Notes under the pieces: model-generated
What the model saw: only the letters and a program-made list of their open reading frames with translations
Told to the model about the DNA's origin: nothing
Databases searched by the model: none
Origin: Desulfotalea psychrophila LSv54
Lineage (GTDB): Bacteria; Desulfobacterota; Desulfobulbia; Desulfobulbales; Desulfocapsaceae
Reading direction: 5' to 3'
DNA: 32,000 nucleotides
Assembly: GCF_000025945.1 (NCBI RefSeq)
Contig: NC_006138.1
Span: forward strand, 3,330,001 to 3,362,000
Program-made: the position numbers and the translations under genes
Shown here: positions 21,584-29,256 of the stretch, in pieces
Numbering within the stretch: position 1 is the first letter of the stretch
How the letters are laid out: every line of letters begins with the position of its first letter

Positions 21584-21661
21584 TATTCCCTCTATACAGT
21601 GGCGACTCATTATAATAAGAGTCCAAGCTCAAACAAACTTTACCTTCACCCGAGATAGAAA

Positions 21662-22174
21662 ATGAAAAAAATTGCAGACCACTGCATACTGGTCCAAGCC
21701 GAATCCTACAGCTCTGCCTGCCATCAGGTACGTTATTATTTTAAAAAAACCAGCCTTGTCCTCTACGATTACCTGAAAATCTCCAAGGAAAGATCCATGT
21801 CCGCCGCCAGCGAAGGCTTTGAGCAAGAACTCAATGGGCGCCTCAAGGATAACAGGCAAAGCATCCTGAAGCTGATAAAAGAACTGGAAACAGGCGGGCT
21901 AACAAAGACGAGCGAACTGGAGAACCTTAGGCAAGGGCATCTGAGCAAAACACTCCACCTCCTCACCCATTTTCTCGATGGTTTTATCAGTGTTGATTCA
22001 GCATTTTACAGTCTTGTTGATGACTGCCATAATATCACATATCAAACGCAGGAAAGAATGAAGAAGACACCTGAGCACTACTGGATCGTCTCTATCTCCG
22101 GTTACGCTGAAAGCTTGGAGACGGGTTCACTCCTCTCCCTCCAGGGCAGAAACTGGTCAGATCCCTCCTGCTAA
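21662..22174 (+). CDS. uncharacterised protein
   Basis: 170 aa ORF with coding-like composition, no family recognised. Its TAA stop is the left flank of the MITE-like element. Confidence 0.65.
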   Translation: MKKIADHCILVQAESYSSACHQVRYYFKKTSLVLYDYLKISKERSMSAASEGFEQELNGRLKDNRQSILKLIKELETGGLTKTSELENLRQGHLSKTLHLLTHFLDGFISVDSAFYSLVDDCHNITYQTQERMKKTPEHYWIVSISGYAESLETGSLLSLQGRNWSDPSC

Positions 22175-22350
22175 GGGTCTGTTACAAAAGAAGATGGCCA
22201 AAATTTCGCTCAGGCTTGGGTCAGATTTGGCCGCGCCGATTGAGCAAAACCGCAGACGTAGCAAGGCTACATCGAGGATTTTGCGATGGAGAAGCGGTCG
22301 GAGATGCCCCGGAGCTGAGATGCAAGATGTTCATGTTTTCTGACAGGCCC
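22175..22350. mobile_element. MITE-like non-coding element
   Basis: 176 bp bounded by imperfect inverted repeats GGGTCTGTTACAAAA and TTTTCTGACAGGCCC (reverse complement GGGCCTGTCAGAAAA, 12/15 identical), flanked both sides by TAA. Internal hairpin at 22244..22284. Confidence 0.5.
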
Positions 22351-22365
22351 TAAGGCCTCTGAAAA

Positions 22366-23574
22366 TCATTTTTCAGGAGCACCTTCAAGAGGAGGCTGCA
22401 AACCAAGGGGCCAACTCTTGATATAGACATCCTGTTTAGCATAGGGAATTTCAATACCAAGGGCATTAAATGTCTTGTAAACATCGGTATTGAGGGAATC
22501 GAGCACCCTGCCCCGTAATTCCGGGTCATCCACCCAGCAGAGCAGTTCCAGATCAAGACTAGAGGCACCAAAGGCACGAAAACGCACCCGGGGTGCCGGA
22601 TCAGCAGGCACTCCTGGCTCGGCGGTGGCAATATCAAGAAGTACCTGCTTCACCTGATCAATATCACAACCATAGGCCACGCCTATCTTTACCTTAACTC
22701 GCAACTTGCCAGAGGGACCTCCAGACTGATTGGTCACCGCACTATTGCCGATAACAGCGTTAGGAATAATCACCTCAACATCATCACGGGTAAGAATGCG
22801 GGTACTGCGAAGACCGATTTGCAGGACCTTGCCCCGCCCTCCTCCATCCAAAACGATATAATCCCCCACCCTGTAGGGGGTGTCGGCAAGAATAAAGACA
22901 CCTGAAAAGAGATTAGAGAGGGTATCCTTTGCCGCAAAGCCAATGGCAATACCGGCAATACCAGCCGAGGCAATCCAGGCGGTGAGATCAATATGCCAAA
23001 TAACAAAGAAACAGTAGGCCGCGCCACCAAAAACAACTACCTTGGCACCGTTATCAAAGAGGGTAAGGGTACGGCCCTGAACAAGGGAGTGGTTCCCCGC
23101 CACATACACCATTCGCTTGAGAAGAATGGGCACCAAACGGACAATAAAGTAGATCCAGACAATAAGCCCCAGGGTACGAAGACTTCTGCCACTGAGCTCA
23201 AGAAACCTGTCCCCATGCGGCATAAAATTCAAACCGGCCAGTATACCGCTCATAAGCAGTGAATAGTAAACGGGAGGCCGTATTAAAGAGGATATTTGCT
23301 CATAGAAACTGTCCTGGCTCCGAGCCAGGACCTTTTTTATCAGCGAAAAAACAAGCCCGGTGACAGAAGAGGCCAAGACAAAGGTCAAAAGAATAACAGT
23401 TGCCCCCTGCAACCAACCATTGCCTGCAAAGAGATCTAGCACAGGCTTAAACAGGGTGAGCATTTGTCGATCATAGGAGGCAATAAGCCCCTCTCCCTCT
23501 GCCGCCCAGGAGAGTTGCGGCAGAAAAAGAAATAGGGCAGTACAAAAAAGGGAACACCTCTTATAACGAACCAT
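22366..23574 (-). CDS. MscS family mechanosensitive ion channel
   Basis: 402 aa; GIAGIAIGFAAKDTLSNLFSGVFILADTPYRVGDYIVLDGGGRGKVLQIGLRSTRILTRDDVEVIIPNAVIG. Confidence 0.93.
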   Translation of the reverse strand: MVRYKRCSLFCTALFLFLPQLSWAAEGEGLIASYDRQMLTLFKPVLDLFAGNGWLQGATVILLTFVLASSVTGLVFSLIKKVLARSQDSFYEQISSLIRPPVYYSLLMSGILAGLNFMPHGDRFLELSGRSLRTLGLIVWIYFIVRLVPILLKRMVYVAGNHSLVQGRTLTLFDNGAKVVVFGGAAYCFFVIWHIDLTAWIASAGIAGIAIGFAAKDTLSNLFSGVFILADTPYRVGDYIVLDGGGRGKVLQIGLRSTRILTRDDVEVIIPNAVIGNSAVTNQSGGPSGKLRVKVKIGVAYGCDIDQVKQVLLDIATAEPGVPADPAPRVRFRAFGASSLDLELLCWVDDPELRGRVLDSLNTDVYKTFNALGIEIPYAKQDVYIKSWPLGLQPPLEGAPEK

Positions 23575-23628
23575 TGGACACCTCCCATTTAAGGGGAAAC
23601 CTAAAAGATGCCCTCAAGCTCTCCCCTG

Positions 23629-24591
23629 TTAATAGCCAATATTATGCTCAAACTCCCTGAGACGCTTATGGATAGAACGCAACTCTGTGATGGTAGTCCA
23701 ATTGGCAATAAAGATAGAAAACGACTCTCGCACCTTACTAAAGGCATTGGAAACCTGCACCAAAACCCCCAGAGTAATCAGACCGGTAAAAAGGCCGGTT
23801 GCCATAATAAGATAGGGGGTAATAATCATTAATTGCTCGAAAAAGTTCACCCAAATATCAAAATATCCATAGTGAAGGAAGAGACGATTATAGTTGAATT
23901 TGAGGCCCACAAAGAGCTCGACCAAGGTACATGTCTTGCCATAGTTTACCTTATCATCTTCGGCATAAACCAGCTCTTTTCTGAAGGCAGCCTCAATTTT
24001 TTGATTATTATACTCGAGCCCCGGCAATTTAATTCCAACAAACCAAGAAATAACAAGCCCACCGAGAGAGACGACCAGAGCCACCCAAACAAGGCTGCCG
24101 GGAATATCTCTAAGATAGGGCAGGTCAACGCCTGAACTCAATCCCCAGAGGATGGGCAAAAAGGCAAAGAGGGTCATAATGGCGCGTGTTACCTGCAGGC
24201 CAAGACTCTCAAAGATCCGGGCGAATCGATAGATATCCTCCTGAATACGCTGACTTGATCCCTCAACCTCCTCTTCCACAGTCTGCCACTTACTGATATA
24301 GGAGAAGGTCATGGCCTCTCGCCATTTAAAGGAGTATATCCGGGTAAAATAAGAGGTCAGTGTGGCAATAAGCACATAAGGAAAGGCAATAAAGGAAAAA
24401 TGTTTCATTGATGCCCAAAACTCATCGACGGTATGCTCCTCTGCCTTTTGCAACAGATCATAAAAGGCACCGTACCACTGGTTTATTTTGACAGTTAATT
24501 CCACCTGAACAAAAAGGGCAAGCAGGAGGAAAATCGCCCCGCCGTAGGCCCACAAGGCCCACTTTTTGTCCATAAAAAAAGACTTAAACAT
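23629..24591 (-). CDS. SbmA/BacA-like peptide/antibiotic transporter
   Basis: 320 aa membrane protein; INQWYGAFYDLLQKA, LTSYFTRIYSFKWREAMTFSYISKW, EGSSQRIQEDIYRFARIFESLG, EAAFRKELVYAEDDK. Confidence 0.85.
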   Translation of the reverse strand: MFKSFFMDKKWALWAYGGAIFLLLALFVQVELTVKINQWYGAFYDLLQKAEEHTVDEFWASMKHFSFIAFPYVLIATLTSYFTRIYSFKWREAMTFSYISKWQTVEEEVEGSSQRIQEDIYRFARIFESLGLQVTRAIMTLFAFLPILWGLSSGVDLPYLRDIPGSLVWVALVVSLGGLVISWFVGIKLPGLEYNNQKIEAAFRKELVYAEDDKVNYGKTCTLVELFVGLKFNYNRLFLHYGYFDIWVNFFEQLMIITPYLIMATGLFTGLITLGVLVQVSNAFSKVRESFSIFIANWTTITELRSIHKRLREFEHNIGY

Positions 24592-24640
24592 CTAGATCTC
24601 CATATAACTTTTATCTTGGGACCAGGAAGGCAAGAGCCCT

Positions 24641-24928
24641 TTAGTCCCGGGACTGATCATCTATTAAGCCTGATTCGAGTAGTTTTACCGCCACCGCATT
24701 ACCATCCTTAAGCACCTTCGAGCCACGGGTGATTTTACACAGGCTCATGCCATGCTTAGCAGCAATCGCTCGCTGAGATTCTCCTGCCCGCAAACCACGG
24801 AGAATTTGCCAACGCATACAGAGATCATTTATCTCCTTTGGCGTCAGCATCTCGTCAAAAAAGAGCTCCATCTCTTCTGGATCTGTAATTAAAGAAAATG
24901 CTGCAGCAATTTGCCTCTTATAATCCAT
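24641..24928 (-). CDS. trpR: TrpR/YerC-YecD family DNA-binding protein
   Basis: 95 aa from internal Met; LITDPEEMELFFDEMLTPKEINDLCMRWQILRGLRAGESQRAIAAKHGMSLCKITRGSKVL. Confidence 0.8.
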   Translation of the reverse strand: MDYKRQIAAAFSLITDPEEMELFFDEMLTPKEINDLCMRWQILRGLRAGESQRAIAAKHGMSLCKITRGSKVLKDGNAVAVKLLESGLIDDQSRD

Positions 24929-25027
24929 TATTCCCCACCATAGGCTGAATCGACCAGCCCGATATTTTGTTTCTCTACCTACGACATCCAAGTGTCACCA
25001 CAGATGCACTTTATAGACAGGCAATTT

Positions 25028-26110
25028 CTAAAGATTCCAGGCCCGAAAAGAGTCACCCTCCGGGGCTTCGCCCATTATCTTAAAACTTGTCTCCCCCCTC
25101 TTACAGGTCACCATTTCCGGTGGAAAGCCACCATCGATCTTGCGCCCATAACGAACGACAAGAGAGGCGGCAAGGGCAAAGAGCTCCCCTTCCTGCTCAG
25201 CAGACAATGCCCCCAGGGCTCTACGCAACAGTATATTTGGCCCCGAACGATCTTCCATATAAAAGAGGACATCTCCCTCCTCTGCAAGCCCTTCCAGGCG
25301 AAGATTCTCCTCTTCATTTCGGCCGACAATAAGCCAAAATCCAGAATCCCCCTCTCCTCCTGCAGACCAGGTGAAAAAGCCCTGTGGGACAAGTAGCTGC
25401 CGACCGACAAGCATCAGCTCAATGTCAGTCACCCCCACATCATCTATACCAAAGTTGAACTCACCGGCATAAAGACGTTTAATCCTCTTGGAAAGGATAG
25501 GATCGGCAAGAATACAGCCTCCTGCCGGGGCGGGATAATCACTGATGCCATACTCCTTGGCCAAAGCCATCTGCGGAGCCCGACCTCGACCACCAAAGGC
25601 CAGCAATTTTTCCCGATCAACCCAACCCTTCTGTTCAGCCTCGGTTTCCGGCATGAGCTTGGCACTAAGAGGACGGAGAAGGACCGTTTTATTATCAGAA
25701 TCCCGCGAAATCACATTGAGGGCATCCCGGCGCTGCGACATGGGGCGTTGCCCAACCACCTCTCCTGTCACCAGAAAAGAGGCACCAAGCTCTACCATCA
25801 GCTCCTTGGCTCTTTTCAGCATAAAAATTTTACAATCTATACAGGGATTAAAATTTTTGCCAAAGCCATAAACCGGTTTACGCAACAGCTCCATATATCC
25901 CGGACTGATGTTTTCCACCAGAACATTGATACCGTACTTTCTCTTTACCTCAGCCTGATAGGCCTCTACATCCTGCAAAATCTCATAGCTAAAAAATGGT
26001 GTTACAAACTGTACAGCTATAAGCTCAATGCCCTGCTCCATAATCAACCTGGCGGCAAGAATCGAATCCAGACCACCAGAAAACAATGATAATGCCTTTA
26101 TACTCTTCAT
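25028..26110 (-). CDS. ATP-PPase domain protein, ThiI/MnmA-like probable tRNA thiolation enzyme
   Basis: 360 aa; LSLFSGGLDSILAARLIMEQG (PP-loop), NPCIDCKIFMLKRAKEL (CxxC), TGEVVGQRPMSQRRDAL, DYPAPAGGCILADP. Confidence 0.8.
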   Translation of the reverse strand: MKSIKALSLFSGGLDSILAARLIMEQGIELIAVQFVTPFFSYEILQDVEAYQAEVKRKYGINVLVENISPGYMELLRKPVYGFGKNFNPCIDCKIFMLKRAKELMVELGASFLVTGEVVGQRPMSQRRDALNVISRDSDNKTVLLRPLSAKLMPETEAEQKGWVDREKLLAFGGRGRAPQMALAKEYGISDYPAPAGGCILADPILSKRIKRLYAGEFNFGIDDVGVTDIELMLVGRQLLVPQGFFTWSAGGEGDSGFWLIVGRNEEENLRLEGLAEEGDVLFYMEDRSGPNILLRRALGALSAEQEGELFALAASLVVRYGRKIDGGFPPEMVTCKRGETSFKIMGEAPEGDSFRAWNL

Positions 26111-26349
26111 ACACTTCCTCTTCCTGCGACAGTAGCCGATAACCGAGTGCCCGGTGCCGTCGTATAAGTTCTACCCCATCGGGCTGTAATTTTTTCTACC
26201 TCTAAGAACGTACGCTCAATATCCTTATTATAATGCCAGTTGCCAAGTAGCACGGGGAGCAGATAAAGATCAGTGAGCCCCTACCCTCCCCTCATACAAG
26301 CTGAAGCCACGACTGAATGAACTTCAGCGAAGATGACAGTATCCACCAT
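26107..26349 (-). pseudogene. small ORF interrupted by an in-frame TAG, overlapping the start of the ThiI-like gene
   Basis: ATG (26347..26349) preceded by AAGGAG-like sequence; MVDTVIFAEVHSVVASACMRGG*GLTDLYLLPVLLGNWHYNKDIERTFLEVEKITARWGRTYTTAPGTRLSATVAGRGSV*; TAG at 26281..26283; final TGA overlaps the downstream ATG (ATGA). No family recognised. Confidence 0.3.
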
Positions 26350-26735
26350 CTCCTTTTTAGCAAGGAGGACTTTAAAGGAGCGGCGACAAACAAGACCACC
26401 GGCCACGACACCCCAAAGCCAAGTCAAAACAGTAAGAGTCCTCCCCTCTGAACAAAATTAATTTGGCCAAATCAATAGGAGTAAGACATCTAGGCTCGCA
26501 GGCTCGTAGTTCGCGTAGCATAAATTTGTTTACGCTCTCTTATCTTCTTAGCTAACAACTTGACTCAAGACCAAAAGGAAAGTAAGTTAAACCATAGTCA
26601 TAGACTCTATCATTCCTCTAGAAAAAGAGGTTAAGCATACGAATCCACACTACTTATATGCTATCTCCCTGTGCCAATAAGCCACAGTCCGGAGCCTCAT
26701 ATCGGTCAAACCAAAGCCATTTTACTATACTTGAC

Positions 26736-27242
26736 ATGAAAGAGAAAGAAAGCTTAAGTGCAAGCCTCGAAGATTACATTGAAATAATATACCACATCAT
26801 TGAAGATAAGCTCGTTGCCCGTAGTAAAGAAATTGCCGCAGCGATGAAGGTAAGTCGAGCTTCTGTAACCGAGGCATTGCGGGCACTTTCTAAAAGAGGA
26901 CTCATCAACTACGCGCCCTATGAGGCAATCACCCTTACTGAAAAGGGTAAGATCGTAGCCGAAGATGTTATCTTCCGCCACCAATCCCTTAAACGATTTT
27001 TCGTTGAGGTGCTGGCCATTGAAGAGGGTATTTCCGAAGAGGCCGCCTGTCGGATTGAACATGCCGCGCCACCAGAAGTAATTGAGAAGATGGTGAACTT
27101 CATTGAATTTATGCAGGTATGCCCACGGGGCGGAGAAGAACTCATTCGGGGTTTTGCTCAGTTTTGCCAAAATGGCAAGCAAGCCGACAACTGTGATGGT
27201 TGCATTGCCGGCTGTTCGGGACCAATACTACCGCAAAGTTAA
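26736..27242 (+). CDS. DtxR/MntR-family metal-dependent repressor with C-terminal Cys cluster
   Basis: MKEKESLSASLEDYIEIIYHIIEDKLVARSKEIAAAMKVSRASVTEALRALSKRGLINYAPYEAITLTEKGK...CPRGGEELIRGFAQFCQNGKQADNCDGCIAGCSG. Confidence 0.9.
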   Translation: MKEKESLSASLEDYIEIIYHIIEDKLVARSKEIAAAMKVSRASVTEALRALSKRGLINYAPYEAITLTEKGKIVAEDVIFRHQSLKRFFVEVLAIEEGISEEAACRIEHAAPPEVIEKMVNFIEFMQVCPRGGEELIRGFAQFCQNGKQADNCDGCIAGCSGPILPQS

Positions 27243-27463
27243 ATGCTCTCCCCTATTATTCTGACAATTTCGCCGTCTCTTGGAAATCGTTTCAAGCCAA
27301 GCTTAGAAAAAATAAGTTTGCCATCAACGGTAATTTCATAGGCTCCGCCGAGGGACGGCTTTATCTCAACCTCGGCAGCAAATTCCCCTACCAACTCCTC
27401 TTCCAAACTGGAAGCACGGTTCAGATAGTTTCAGCGAGTACAGTATTCAATAGAGACCTTCAT
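27239..27463 (-). CDS. SelT/W/H (Rdx)-family selenoprotein, SelW-like, with in-frame UGA (Sec) codon
   Basis: Read codon by codon: MKVSIEYCTRUNYLNRASSLEEELVGEFAAEVEIKPSLGGAYEITVDGKLIFSKLGLKRFPRDGEIVRIIGESI*. TGA at 27431..27433 gives CxxU; RBS AAGGAG just upstream; C-terminal VDGKLIFSKLGLKRFP matches the family. Confidence 0.93.
27400..27414 (-). promoter_or_regulatory. bacterial SECIS element candidate
   Basis: In the mRNA sense CUUCCA-GUU-UGGAAG: perfect 6-bp stem and a GU-starting loop, beginning 16 nt after the UGA; the loop G lies 22 nt after the UGA. Confidence 0.8.
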
Positions 27464-27595
27464 ATCTTGCTCCTTATCTTTCAGATTATTCACAACACTT
27501 CAGAGAACTATTCCCTAAAGAGATCTTACAAAATACACCTACTCAGATATACAGAGGAGGATTGAACAGAACAAGCTGTTTCTCCTCCTCCCCTG

Positions 27596-28093
27596 CTAGA
27601 TCGAGAATCTCTCCACCGTCGTCCTTTGCGAGCCCGTTGAGCGTTGCTCAGGATCACAATAGCTTGTCACAAACTCAAACCCCGCCTTACGCATCATTCC
27701 TGCCGAGGCAAGGTTCTCCTCGTGACGCCAAGCATAAAGAGAGGAAAAGCCTCCTGCCCGCGCCTCTGCAACGCAGCGCCGGAGCAACTCCGCCCCCAGA
27801 CCATTACCCGCATGGTCGTCACTCACCACAACCTCGGCCACAAAACAGATCCTAGCCAGATCATCATACTCAGCCAGCGCCTCAGGACAGGCCTCACCAC
27901 GAATAAGAAGGGCAAATCCCGCCAACTGAACGCCAGCAAAGACGCAGAGAGCAAGAGCATCGCCTGAGATGATCAGGGCGAACTCTTCGGACAACCCCTC
28001 TGCCGGTAAATAATTCCACTGATTAACACCATGTTCCTGAATAAATTCCTGCAAGAAGGGGATCTCCCCCTGCCTGGCCTCTCTATAATCCAT
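27596..28093 (-). CDS. GNAT family N-acetyltransferase
   Basis: 165 aa; FVAEVVVSDDHAGNGLGAELLRRCVAEARAGGFSSLYAWRHEENLASAGMMRKAGFE. Confidence 0.9.
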   Translation of the reverse strand: MDYREARQGEIPFLQEFIQEHGVNQWNYLPAEGLSEEFALIISGDALALCVFAGVQLAGFALLIRGEACPEALAEYDDLARICFVAEVVVSDDHAGNGLGAELLRRCVAEARAGGFSSLYAWRHEENLASAGMMRKAGFEFVTSYCDPEQRSTGSQRTTVERFSI

Positions 28094-28385
28094 TATCGCT
28101 CCCTAAAGTGCTCTTCTCTCGGCCACGGCCGGTCCATTTTTTCCAAAAAATTAACAGAGAAACTGACAATAAGCAAATAGAGGAGTAAAGCTTACCAAGA
28201 GGTAATAAAAAAAATCATTTTTTTTGCCCTACAGGAAAACGTGCTAGCACAGCCTTTTTAGGTTATTTTATCCACGGAGGCCTCTTTTCACCCCTAAAAA
28301 AGAAGAAGAAGAGGTCATTTATCTATTGATATTAAAAACAAATAATGTTATTTCCTCTGGGCAGTTCCAAGAAACAACAATGAGT

Positions 28386-28470
<85 letters not shown>

Positions 28471-28488
28471 TTCGATTTTGCATAGCAA

Positions 28489-28563
28489 GCGGGAATAGCT
28501 CAATTGGTAAAGCATCAACCTTCCAAGCTGAGGGTTGCGAGTCGAGTCTCGTTTCCCGCTCCA
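28489..28563 (+). tRNA. tRNA-Gly(TCC)
   Basis: 75 nt; acceptor GCGGGAA/TTCCCGC, anticodon TCC in CCTTCCAAG, encoded CCA; T-run follows. Confidence 0.96.
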
Positions 28564-28581
28564 TTTTTTAAATAGTTCGTT

Positions 28582-28657
<76 letters not shown>

Positions 28658-28964
28658 GTAATACCTCTTAGTACAACATCCAGTATTTCTCAGCGCGGTC
28701 TCTTTTTTCATTCTTATATAGTTTCAAAAACCCCACATTGCATCTCTGCGTCCACTCTCCACTTTCTATACAGCTGTATACTTATTACCCATCCCCTGTC
28801 CAAAAATCAACCAAGCCAGAGCAGAAGCACAAAAGCAAGTCATTAAAATAACGACACAATCCATTCTGGCTCCAAGCTTGCATTTCCCCATCACAGAAAC
28901 AGTTTAAAACAAGGAAAGCGTAAAAAAACGCCCCTTGAAAAGCTCATTACAGAGGGAGAGGCAC

Positions 28965-29198
28965 ATGTGGAATAACACCTGTCCAAATTGGGGCATGGGA
29001 AACGGCATCGGCGGGGGACTCGTGCAGATGCTCCTGTTGGCCCTGGTCATCTATATCGTCTATCAACTAGTTGCGTCCATCGCAGCTCGGCGTAGCACGG
29101 GCAATGGCGAGGCGGCACAAATACTGGCCAATCGCTACGCCCGGGGCGAGATCAGCGCCGAAGAGTTTAGCGAAATAAAAAAAGGCCTGAGCAAATAG
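28965..29198 (+). CDS. SHOCT domain small membrane protein
   Basis: MWNNTCPNWGMGNGIGGGLVQMLLLALVIYIVYQLVASIAARRSTGNGEAAQILANRYARGEISAEEFSEIKKGLSK; one TM segment plus a SHOCT tail. Confidence 0.85.
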   Translation: MWNNTCPNWGMGNGIGGGLVQMLLLALVIYIVYQLVASIAARRSTGNGEAAQILANRYARGEISAEEFSEIKKGLSK

Positions 29199-29216
29199 CA
29201 GGCGACAAGAGAAGCA

Positions 29217-29241
29217 GATGGGCAGGTTCTCTCTGCCCATC
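29217..29241. terminator. bidirectional hairpin between convergent genes
   Basis: GATGGGCAG (29217..29225) / CTGCCCATC (29233..29241), 7-nt loop, between the SHOCT gene (+) and the DUF364 gene (-). Confidence 0.5.
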
Positions 29242-29256
29242 CCTCCTCACCACAAA

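Noticed and set aside
27200-27565. Plus-strand 121-aa ORF in the provided track
   Set aside because: It lies antisense to the SelW-like gene and overlaps the DtxR end. Its translation has no family resemblance, whereas the minus strand gives a recognisable selenoprotein.
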